This document shows, one piece after another, positions 10,701 through 22,199 of a stretch of DNA of 64,000 bases. This stretch comes from Laetmonice hystrix (Eukaryota): contig OZ249438.1 in assembly GCA_965235115.1 (NCBI GenBank), positions 20,026,001 through 20,090,000 of the forward strand, written 5' to 3'. Made by a program: the position numbers and the translations under genes. Each line of letters starts with the position of its first letter. Position 1 is the first letter of the stretch. Below the pieces are notes generated by a model. That model did not search any database, was not told the DNA's origin, and worked only from the letters and a program-made list of their open reading frames with translations.

Positions 10701-13700
10701 CCACTTGGATCTTTGTGAGAAAAATAAGTTCATATTTCAAATGTAGATGTGTGACAATTCAAGAGTGACATTAAAGCAGAGATGAACGAGCCCAATCCCA
10801 TCTTTACCATCTCTGTGCTCGCAATGAAGCGCTGACCGGGGGTGATTCAGGAGGGACACTGACGACGACGGTTAAAAATGACAGTTTGGGGGAAAACTTT
10901 GGAGTTTGAAGTCCTCGTGATAAGTGCCAGGTGTGGTATATCGAAGTGTCGTTGGGCCAGCCTTGTTGACTGTCGCGTTTAGGACATGGTTCGAGTTGGC
11001 ATCGCTCCCACTTTAGGGAGACGGCTTTCGTACAGGGAGACCCCAACGGCCCGAGTATTGGCCACCTCACCTTGCTATCAGGGAATCTGTTCGCCACATT
11101 GAACAGCAGGCGGCAGTGGCTGAAAGAGACATTTTAACATTTTACCGCTGGTTTGTAAGAGTTATCATATTTTGGTGTCTAGTGTAGCCAGAAGCCAAAC
11201 TACGGCGATGTGGGAGCCGCTAAGCGTTGCCGCCGTGTCATGAGGTTGGCCCCGCCTCGCTTGCACCTGATCGACGCGGATCGGGCCGTGCAGGTGTTAG
11301 CACCGGGGTGCAGTCTACCCCTGCCGGGCTCAAGGTCCACAGGCTAAATGGTGGTGGGAAGGACACAGAGGGGCAGGCAGACGGCCTGTCGAGCACAGCC
11401 CCATGGGTTTAAATGAAATTTGCGCTGGTGAAATGAAATCTAGGCTGTTTGTGTTTGGCTTTCCTGCCAGTTTGATTTGCAATGAGGCGGTTGCTCTTGG
11501 GGTGTGTGAATACGGGGCAGTGGGCATCACAGCTGCTACTGCAAATGAAAGCACACGTGGTGGGGCAAGTTTGGCACAGAAGATAGCCAAGGGATAAGTG
11601 AGTGGGCCTTCTAGTACGATAACACCAATCAGTGCAATGGGCTAGCAATTTAGGAGGTGGATAGAGCGCTCTGCTGCCAGGCCACAACGAAATGTCGCCG
11701 ACCATTAACATATCTGGCATGGCTTTCTAAATTTGGAGCAGCTGGCCGAGCTTCCCCCACTAACGTAGCCTGCCTGTCTGGCGCAGTCAGGCGAGCCTTA
11801 CCACTCTTGGGCCACATACAGTCTGCCCACACAACTCCCCCCCCCCCCACAACATCCTGACACTGTCTTCTCCGTCTTTCTTTGGGGGGGGGGGGGAGTT
11901 CCATCGGACCTTTAGGTCTTTTTCATGGTCCCAGTTAAATATACTGACAATATTTGCTATCCCAACAAAATATTCCATGGAGGTAAAGCAGCTTGCGTGA
12001 GAAAAACAAAGTTTTAACAGTTCGTTAAACTATGGTTAGATTTACACAAATAACCTAGTATCCCGTTATATTTCTCGGTTAAGGTCGTAATTCTCTCTGA
12101 ATTAGCAGCGTGTGACACTGTAAGACCAGTATTAATCCATGTTATAGAGCGTAAGGTCTTCAGTGGTTGCTCGAAGCGCAACTGGAATTTTGGCACGGAA
12201 TATGGTGTACGCGGCAGACAGAGTGGCGTCGGGGAAAGCTCTCCCCTCCAAATTTAGCCGTGCCTGCGGTAGAATGGAGGGGCCGCTGGGTGGGAATGTA
12301 GGCTACTTGACTGACGCGTACATACAGCCCTCGTCACAGCGCAAGGATACTAGTATAGGCCAGCTCACCCTCACTTCTCAACGGTCCACAACGGTCGTGA
12401 ATAAAGATAAGACGTAGCTAATCATTAAAGGGGACAAGCAATGCTCAAACTGACAACTTGGGTTTCACAATGGTTCATGTCAGTGAAACACCCCCTGACT
12501 TGTACTGTTGGGGGTTCCTCGTGGTATGGGATGGTCACTTGTTGGGCAGAGTTCTACTTTTACACATGGCAGTTGACGTCAACATACAAAATAATGAAAG
12601 GGCTGGAAGTTTCCCCGGCTTTAGAGAATCCCTGCACCCGGTTCAGTGACGTCGTAAACGTTACCATCTACTGTATGATCGTTCAGATGTAGGTTTAAAA
12701 AGATCTAAGCATGGAAAGACGAGTGAGGGCGTTTATATGCGACATTGAGAGCACGGAAGGTCTGATGGGTTGTTAATAATGTACACCGCAGAGATGTACA
12801 ATCTAGAAGACATCATGACGAGAACACATACTGGTTTGTGAATTCGTGTATCAGGAGGGCCTACTGAGATACGAGTTACAGGAGGATAGGTCCACCGACC
12901 CCACACTCCCTCCCAGCCTGTCTTTGATTTAATTGAGATGTATAAATGCCCCAGAGTTGGACACAGAGCCTGGGCTGAGACTGTGTCCGTATATCCCATT
13001 GCCCTAAGTAGTATCCTACGGGAGTTTGTGATGGTGAATTGCCCGTGTTTGCCATTCCTCCAGCGCTGACGTTTGGAGTGAACTGGTGCGAGGAATGTCA
13101 ACATTTTGCCAGCTGTGTAGCCTGGCCAGGTGGGGGAACCATCAACGTCGACCTCTCCCTCCGCCAACCTTCTCAAGCCTCGACCCCTTCTGTGCCCCCG
13201 TGCCTCCGCAGCTATTCATCCACGCCGTGCCCCAAGTTGGCGGCGCTCACCGACCGAACTGGGAAACCCCTCGTAGTGCCCTACTGTTTTCTCGCTGACG
13301 GCCGCCCGGCCTGCCAACATCTGTTGTAGCGTTTAGATTGTAATACGGCTTAAAGATTTACAGATTTGCCCGTCCCTGCATCGTTAAGTGTTTTGTGATG
13401 AGAACAAGAAAGGACCACACTGCCAGTGACAGGCAATTGAAGGAGGCCTGTTGACTTTCCTGCCTGTAGACGTCGGACTCAAAGGCAACTAGTAGATCTG
13501 TCAAGCGGCGTATGGCCTGTGTATCTGTCAGTTGTTGAGCCGTGGGACAGGTGAGGGGGAAATATTAACGGCCACAAGGGTGTGTCTATTACCCCGCGGC
13601 AAAAAACCCAAGTTCTTTCTGAGAGAGAACCACAATATTATGTCAGTGTCTTATGGCTCAGCAAAACATGAACAAAAAAGATACATTCAGAGTAAACTCT

Positions 13701-14079
13701 TAAATGCCAATATGGTCAAAAATAAAATAGACGTTTTTTGAGAGTGCATGGAACATACATAGAAAAGTAAAACATCCCTTCAAACTTAAAACGGTCCCAA
13801 CTTGGCGAACTGGTGGGTCACCACGGCTTTCTTAGAGGTGAAGGTAGATTCCCGTTGATTCGTGTATACTGTGCGTGTGATTATATGTAAACTGTGAATA
13901 CGGAAGAAAACTGAAGGTATGCCAACTTTCTAACCTGCGGGGGTGTTTTTCCTTTATAATATCAGGCCCCAATTCGGGTCCATGGTCGGTTGGAGCAATC
14001 GGGTGACATGGCACCGCTATCACATTCCGGTGTGATGGCACAAACGTATATATAAGGGCTGAAGTCGTATATGTCACAC

Positions 14080-14230
14080 CAGGGGCGGATCCTGGGGTCA
14101 TGGGGGGCGCACCCCCCTTCATTGAAATAATAGATAAATTAGAAAATAAAAAACCGCTCCGCGCAGCGCACCTGCGGTGATCACGCTGCTATAGTTCATC
14201 ACACAGACGACCCCCCCCCTTCCTAAATCT
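14080..14230 (+). mobile_element. Degenerate Harbinger-like MITE fragment (5' end CAGGGGCGGATCC)
   Basis: CAGGGGCGGATCC at 14080-14092, followed by G/C runs and a truncated CCCCCCCCCTTCCTAAATC end. Family inferred from terminus style only. Confidence 0.4.
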
Positions 14231-15298
14231 CTCAGGTGGAGCATTATGGTCTTACGGCACAGGGAGTAACTTATGGTACGCCCATCATGCAGACTGGGGC
14301 ACTCCGGTGCCATATGGCACGACTGACAAAGAAGTCTGGATAAAATAATGAACACTTCTGAGTTCAGTGGCGGGTAAGATGTAGCGTTTTAAATTGATGA
14401 TACAAAGGTTTGAGCCACGGCAGCGTGAATTTCCGGCCACTTACAGAACAGATAAAACATTCTGAAGGACATAATTCGTCATAACAAGAGGGAAAACATA
14501 TCATGTGCAGATTGAGTGTGGTAACAAAATTCGTGGCCAATGTTGTGAGATGGTCAACCACATGAATGGATACCCCGCAGAGATCGAGTCTCCCGCCGAG
14601 TCGGCCTCAGTAAAAGCTGAGTCGTACGTGACGTGGGGCATTACACCTGAAGATGCTTTCACAGCTGGCCCACAGATGTGGATGCAATACACACCGCACC
14701 TTCCCCTTTTTAATGAACCTGGTAATGTAGTTAACAATGAAGAATGAATTATCGCTGGCCCTTCGAGTTTTGCTTTGCTCCTGTCGCTGCATTTACGTAG
14801 GAGTAGGAAAGCATGTAGTGAACGAGAGGGTTGATTGATATAAGGCAGCCACATCTGCGCCGAGCTCATGTAGGCGTTTCACTGACTCGGAGCGCCCTCT
14901 GCCAGCGAGTGTATACATTGAGCCAGGTAAGAAGAAAAACTAAGTAATGATCTCTGTTCAAAACCAGGACAGAATCTCATGCTTTCCACGTACTTTATTT
15001 TGCTGCTGCATCTGTAGCTTTCTTGTGCAATTCACCTGAGATAAATCTCCCTTGCTTGTTCCTGACTGTGTGGATTTCAGCGAGTGAATTAAGTAAGTTG
15101 AAGTTCTGCGCCTTGCCTGCATATCTTGGCCTTCTTTAAGGAAATAACATAGTACTAAGGTGAACTTTTTGATTTTCTTGAGAAATAACTCGGGTTGTCT
15201 TTTGAGTCTTGGGAACAGGATCCTATAAGTCCGTTACCGTCGTGAACCATTGCTGGGTCCCTTGCCACGGAGGCAAAGGTCTATATCGATAAATTTAA

Positions 15299-15632
15299 AG
15301 AAAATCATGATTATCTCTTATTTCAATAACTCCAAAATGAAGATATGGGCTGTTAGGTTAGATAAGGCCTTAGACCACATCAATCAATAACTGTATAGCC
15401 ACAAAATGGGAGAAATTTAATGAAATTTAACATTCCAGTTGCCTGTTGTCGCTATGAAGCGACCGTTTTATGGCTGGTTGCTGACAAAATCGTTGAACTG
15501 GCATTGACGAACAGCCGATGACATTCATTGGGCGATGAACCGATGAATTTAATTGGTTTCATTTCTAATAGTTCTAAATAGTCCATGTCCTCATTTTGAA
15601 GTCAGTGAAATAAGAGATAATCGTGATTTGTT
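15299..15632. mobile_element. 334-bp MITE with about 50-bp TIRs flanked by TTAA (Kolobok- or piggyBac-type target)
   Basis: Left AAAATCATGATTATCTCTTATTTCAATAACTCCAAAATGAAGATATGGGCT versus right rc CAAATCACGATTATCTCTTATTTCACTGACTTCAAAATGAGGACATGGACT. TTAA at 15295-15298 and 15633-15636. Termini start with purine-purine. Confidence 0.7.
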
Positions 15633-15893
15633 TTAACTTTGTGTTATGGCAGGGGCAAAGGAAAACTGTGAGGCATGTGGGAATATCCTTTATTTACAGG
15701 GATGGCTGATAAGATTGATATCCGCTCATTAAGAAGGCTTTGATTCTAAGTCTGATAACTGATAATATTGCAGTGAAGTACTCTATACCATTCGGTGCTC
15801 TTCCCCAACATTTAACCTATTGCTGTCATCATTCATATGGCTTACCTGTGCGTTAAAAACGTGTACTCTTCATTCTCTGGGGCCTTTAAGCGA

Positions 15894-18656
15894 TGTGATA
15901 CACGTAGTTAGGTCCTAAATGATATTGTGGAATGTGTGATACACGTTGTTAGGTCGTTGATGACGTTATGGAGTGCTGTGATACACGTTGTTAGGTCGTT
16001 GATGACGTTATGGGACGCTGTGATACACGTTGTTAGGTCGTTGATGACGTTATGGAGTGCTGTGATACACGTTGTTAGGTCGTTGATGACGTTATGGGGC
16101 GCTGTGATACACGTTGGTTGTTAGGTCGTTGATGACGTTATGGGGCGGTGTGATACACGTTGTTAGGTCCTGGATGACGTTATGGAGTGCTGTGATACAC
16201 GTTGTTAGGTCCTGGATGACGTTATGGAACGTTGTGATACACGTTGTTAAGTCCTTGATGGCGTTATGGGGTGCTGTGATACACGTTGTTAGGTCCTTGA
16301 TGACGTTATGGACTGCTGTGATACACGTTGTTAGGTCCTTGATGACGTTATGGAGTGCTGTGATACACGTTGTTAGGTCCTGGATGACGTTATGGGGTGC
16401 TGTGATACACGTTGTTAGGTCCTGGATGACGTTATAGAACGTTCTGATACACGTTATTAGGTCCTGGATAACGTTATGGAGTGCTGTGATACACGTTGTT
16501 AGGTCCTTGATGATGTTATGGACTGCTGTGATACACGTTGTTAGGTCCTTGATGATGTTATGGACTGCTGTGATACACGTTGTTAGGTCCTTGATGACGT
16601 TATGGGGTGCTGTGATACACGTTGTTAGGTCCTTGATGACGTTATGGAGTGCTGTGATACACGTTGTTAAGTCCTTGATGACGTTATGGAGTGCTGTGAT
16701 ACACGTTGTTAGGTCTTTGATGATGTTATGGAGTGCTGTGATACACGTTGTTAGGTCCTTGATGACGTTATGGAGTGCTGTGATACACGTTGTTAAGTCC
16801 TTGATGACGTTATGGAGTGCTGTGATACACGTTGTTAGGTCTTTGATGATGTTATGGAGTGCTGTGATACACGTTGTTAGGTCCTTGATGACGTTATGGA
16901 GTGCTGTGATACACGTTGTTAGGTCCTTGATGACGTTATGGAGTGCTGTGATACACGTTGTTAGGTCATGGATGGCGTTATGGAGTGCTGTGATACACGT
17001 TGTTAGGTCCTTGATGACGTTATGGGGTGCTGTGATACACGTTGTTAGGTCCTGGATGACGTTATGGAGTGCTGTGATACACGTTGTTAGGTCCTTGATG
17101 ACGTTATGGGGTGCTGTGATACACGTTGTTAGGTCCTGGATGACGTTATGGAGTGCTGTGATACACGTTGTTAGGTCCTTGATGACGTTATGGGGTGCTG
17201 TGATACACGTTGTTAGGTCCTGGATGACGTTATGGAGTGCTGTGATACACGTTGTTAGGTCTTTGATGATGTTATGGAGTGCTGTGATACACGTTGTTAG
17301 GTCCTTGATGACGTTATGGAGTGCTGTGATACACGTTGTTAGGTCCTGGATGGCGTTATGGAGTGCTGTGATACACGTTGTTAGGTCCTGGATGACGTTA
17401 TAGAACGTTGTGATACACGTTATTAGGTCCTGGATGGCGTTATGGAGTGTTGTGATACACGTTGTTAGGTCCTGGATGACGTTATAGAACGTTGTGATAT
17501 ACGTTATTAGGTCCTGGATAACGTTATGGAGTGCTGTGATACACGTTGTTAGGTCCTGGATGACGTTATAGAACGTTGTGATACACGTTATTAGGTCCTG
17601 GATGACGTTATGGACTGCTGTGATACACGTTGTTAGGTCCTGGATGACGTTATGGAGTGCTGTGATACACGTTGTTAGGTCCTGGATGACGTTATGGAGT
17701 GCTGTGATACACGTTGTTAGGTCCTTGATGACGTTATGGAGTGCTGTGATACACGTTGTTAGGTCCTGGATGACGTTATGGAGTGCTGTGATACACGTTG
17801 TTAGGTCCTGGATGACGTTATGGGGTGCTGTGATACACGTTGTTAGGTCCTTGGTGACGTTATGGAGTGCTGTGATACACGTTGTTAGGTCCTGGATGAC
17901 GTTATGGGGTGCTGTGATACACGTTGTTAGGTCCTGGATGACGTTATGGGGTGCTGTGATACACGTTGTTAGGTCTTTGATGATGTTATGGAGTGCTGTG
18001 ATACACGTTGTTAGGTCTTTGATGATGTTATGGAGTGCTGTGATACACGTTGTTAGGTCTTTGATGACGTTATGGAGTGCTGTGATACACGTTGTTGGGT
18101 CCTTGATCACGTTATGGAGCGCTGTGAGACACGTTGTTAGGTCCTTGATGACGTTATGGAGTGCTGTGATACACGTTGTTAGGTCCTGGATGACGTTATG
18201 GGGTGCTGTGATACACGTTGTTAGGTCCTGGATGACGTTATGGAGTGCTGTGATACACGTTGTTAGGTCCTTGATGACGTTATGGAGTGCTGTGATACAC
18301 GTTGTTAGGTCCTTGATGACGTTATGGAGTGCTGTGATACACGTTGTTAGGTCTTTGATGACGTTATGGAGTGCTGTGATACACGTTGTTGGGTCCTTGA
18401 TCACGTTATGGAGCGCTGTGAGACACGTTGTTAGGTCCTTGATGACGTTATGGAGTGCTGTGATACACGTTGTTAGGTCCTTGATGACGTTATGGAGTGC
18501 TGTGATACACGTTGTTAGGTCCTTGATGACGTTATGGAGTGCTGTGATACACGTTGTTAGGTCCTGGATGACGTTATGGAGTGCTGTGATACACGTTGTT
18601 AGGTCCTGGATGACGTTATGGAGTGCTGTGATACACGTTGTTAGGTCTTGTATGAC
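15894..18656. repeat. 42-bp minisatellite, about 66 copies
   Basis: Unit GTGATACACGTTGTTAGGTCCTTGATGACGTTATGGAGTGCT. The unit length is a multiple of 3, which explains the 305-770 aa ORFs on both strands. One 4-bp insertion near 16113-16116. Confidence 0.98.
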
Positions 18657-19410
18657 ACCACCGAGCGCTTTAGCACAAATTTGTAACGATAAGACTAATG
18701 AAAGGATGAAATAGCTTCGTTTCTAATAATTCTACACGTTCGACAAGCAGCCCCTGCCACTGAGAACGTCTGGGCTCGACATATCAGTGTTCATATAGGT
18801 ATACAATTACTGTCTGCGCTACACATCTCAAAAAGTAATGTTTGTAATCACATCTGATATTCTTGCTATTGTGTAGGTGGTGCTTGAACTAAGGTGTCAG
18901 ATTCCGCTGGGATGCAGGAGTGCAAAAGATGCAGTCTTCAAGCTAACCCAGATATTCTGGGCAAAATGTGATCCCAAGGCCACTGATGATGTGCAAGGGT
19001 TTTTTAGGGGGATAACTATGGGGGAGGGGGCGTCTTTGTTGGTGGGATCGCAGGTGTTGCCGTGACAGCTGTGAGAAGGGGGCTCGTTGCTCGAAGGCAA
19101 GGTATCGGTTATAGGTCTCCAGGGCAGGTATAGGTTGCCGGAGGTAAGGCCTTCCAGGCCAGTGGCCTGGTGTCTGGGGCAATCGATAACATGTACGTTA
19201 CATCTAGTTTGTTTGCTTGAATATTCACCAGGGCGGCAATAAACGGACGGTTTTCAGCTGTCATTGACGACAAATTAAACAAACAGTAAACACATCGCTT
19301 TTAGTGTAACAATTCGTATTGTATGTTGTATGGTTGTGGGGAGAATAAGTAGGATGTGCCCTTACCTCGGCGTACTGGGCCAATATTTCACGGCCAGGAA
19401 TAGAATTTCA

Positions 19411-20000
19411 ATGGTCAGCCAGCATGGGCAGCATGGTCAGTAAGCCCAAGGTCAGTCGGCCCATGGTCAGTGAGCCCATGGTCAGTCGGCCCATGGTCAG
19501 TGAGTCCATGGTCAGTGAGCCCATGGTCAGCGAGCCCATGGTCAGCGAGCCCATGGTCAGCGAGCCCATGGCCAGTCAGCCCATGGTCAGTCAGCCCATG
19601 GTCAGTCGGCCTATAGTCAGTGAACCCATGGTCAGTGAGCCCATGGTCAGTGAGCCCATGGTCAGTCGGTCCATAGTCAGTGAGCCCATGGTCAGTCGGC
19701 CCATGGTCAGTCGGCCCATGGTCAGTGAGCCCATGGTCAGTGAGCCCATGGTCAGTCGGCCCATAGTCAGTCGGCCCATGGTCAGTGAGCCCATGGTCAG
19801 TGAGCCCATGGTCAGTGAGCCCATGGTAAGTCGGCCCATAGTCAGTCGGCCCATGCATGGTCAGTGAGCCCATGGTCAGTCGGCCCATGGTCAGTGAGCC
19901 TATGGTCAGTGAGCCCATAGTCAGTGAGCCCATGGTCAGTGAGCCTATGGTCAGTGAACCCATGGTCAGTGAACCCATAGTCAGTCGGCCCATGGTCAGT
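19411..20000. repeat. 15-bp minisatellite, about 39 copies
   Basis: Unit CCATGGTCAGTGAGC, with variant CCATGGTCAGTCGGC. A 4-bp CATG duplication near 19856 shifts the repeat ORFs. Confidence 0.97.
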
Positions 20001-22052
20001 GGACCGGGTAAATGACACAGGGCATTCCTCCGTAATGCTGGTTGTTCCATTGAATACCGACTACCGATATTGACCAATAGAACTTAGATATTCCCGCCAG
20101 GTATGACGCCAAGGTATTAAAGTAGGATTCTGCCGTATATTGACAGGATACCTGTTGTACATGTGTATGCTGTGATCACTAAAGCCGAAATTGTTGGGCG
20201 CTTCTTTTTTTCTTTCTTTCTTTTTTTTGCGGAGTAGGGGAGAGCAAGGGGATGAACTTACGATTACCATCGTGAGAAATTGTATAGTGTGTGCGGAGCG
20301 GTAAAAGAATCGCCATCAATGGCCATTGTCCTTAATCCTACGTTACGTTTAGTCGGAGGTTTCAGATAGCCACACCGAATTACTGCCGAATGAATGGACC
20401 AGGTGTTGTGCAATATTTTATGCCGGTAACAGACAATTACACATTCTGGACAAGTGGACTGTTTCCGCTCGTCAATATAGGTGGATCATTCTACAAAAAG
20501 AACCGTCTTTCTTCGTCTCACGAATACATATACGTCAACTGACGATCTTTAAATAGATGAAAGGGCAGTGAGGCGGGACCAGCGATAAGAAAGGGATGAT
20601 GGCCACTAAGCTTTTCTTCTTTGTTTTCCTAAGTGCTAAACCGTGTTGTCTGATAATTATGTTAATCATCCGTAGAACCACAAAGGAATCCGAGATCGAA
20701 AGGCACTTAAGTGTCCTTTGTGAAGGGAAAGCCCATCTGGATCATTTTTCTACTTCCCCCACCTGTAATTGTCAGCTCATTTCTCTAATTAGCCCTTGTT
20801 GACAGGTGAGCGATTTACCAATGTACCCCAAAAGAGATCTGATGCGTTCAATCTTTTTAATGTCCGCCTCAAATCAGACGTATTAAATTCTGCCATCTAT
20901 ATATTTTTTTATGTAATCAGTTAGTGGCTGGCTATAGCTGTAGAGACAGAATGGGTTGAGCCTGTGAACGCATGTGTTGATGTCGTAATAAGCAGGGTGG
21001 TGGTATCTAGTGAGGGACGGCCGACTGAGTGGAATGGTGCGTAGGTTGGTAGATGTTGACAGATATTATCGGCGGCCAGTGGTAACGATAGGACATTCAG
21101 TGTGGAATGAATGCCGAATGACGCGGGCCGTCACTGACAGCCATTAGCTCTACCCCCACAGACTGCAGTAAACCCCCAGTACCCCTCCGTCAGCGACTTA
21201 TCAGTTCGACAGGCTTCGGTCACACCGGGGTCACCAGTCAGGTGCGAAAAGGGGGTAATTTGGTTTACCTGATAATGAGGGTGACTCAACACAGGCTGAG
21301 GACTGTCTGCTTTAGTCACCCCTTGTGTGGTCCGGCTTTGTCGCCACCTCTCGACACTATACCTGTGTGGGGGGTGAGGGTGTGGATGTGGGTGTGTGTG
21401 TGCGAGCAGCGGGTTCTGTGTCAGGCATACGTTCTGTGATCGTTCTGACAGAACCAGCTGAGTTTGATCACTGTCCACTGAGTTCACTGTCTGAATGAAC
21501 AGTTTTAATCGATCTATTCATCCTCTACAGGTAAACACTCATACAGCGGTGTTGGTCATATAATTATTTCACAATGAACACATTGTCATACTCTACAGCC
21601 AGGGTAGATGTTACAACAGTAGGCCTGGCAAAAATACAAACACATGCTGTTCATCCTTTCAAGTTTTAATTGAATTGTCACAATTGTACACAGGTATGAC
21701 TAGGATGTAAAGAACTCGGCATTACAACACCTGTCGCCTAACATGGTCGTCAGTGTACTACCTGGCCGACAACTTCTGATTCTAATTATACTGGGATATT
21801 TTTTGGGGATGAAATTGACCTGCATGCATAATGACTGTCGGCCTAGATACAGCACATGTTATATCAACACGCATGTGCATGAGTAAAGCTTGCCTTATTC
21901 GTCTCATTTCAAGATTTCTTTCTGACAGAGAGCGAAGCTATAAAAGTATAAATACATTGTCAGCTTAGCATTGAAGAATTAAATTCCTAATTCTGCCTGG
22001 AGACATGAATATTGCCCTTGAGACCCGTAAAATTATTTTATCGTGACTGCAG

Positions 22053-22199
22053 ATCATGGCTCACGTTGTTTATTGAAGTCCTTACCCAACACATTGTGCC
22101 ATCATGGCTCACGTTGTTTATTGAAGTCCTTACCAAACACATTGTGCCATCATGGCTCACGTTGTTTATTGAAGACCTTACCCAACACATTGTGCCATC
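22053..22199. repeat. 48-bp tandem repeat, 3 copies
   Basis: Unit CATCATGGCTCACGTTGTTTATTGAAGTCCTTACCCAACACATTGTGC. Confidence 0.93.

Noticed and set aside
14505-14747. 80-aa protein-like ORF
   Set aside because: No recognisable family and no linked exons; cannot be supported without expression data.
15927-18714. + strand ORFs of 107-378 aa (VIHVVRSLMTLWSA repeats)
   Set aside because: Translation of a 42-bp minisatellite; broken by TAG-containing unit variants; no unique protein domain.
19415-20077. ORFs of 87-220 aa (GLTDH, LTMGS and MVSEP repeats)
   Set aside because: Translation of a 15-bp minisatellite; the frame switches at a 4-bp duplication.
22053-22199. Similarity of the 48-bp unit to the 42-bp unit (CACGTTGTT...GTCCTT)
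   Set aside because: The rest of the units does not align; insufficient for common origin.
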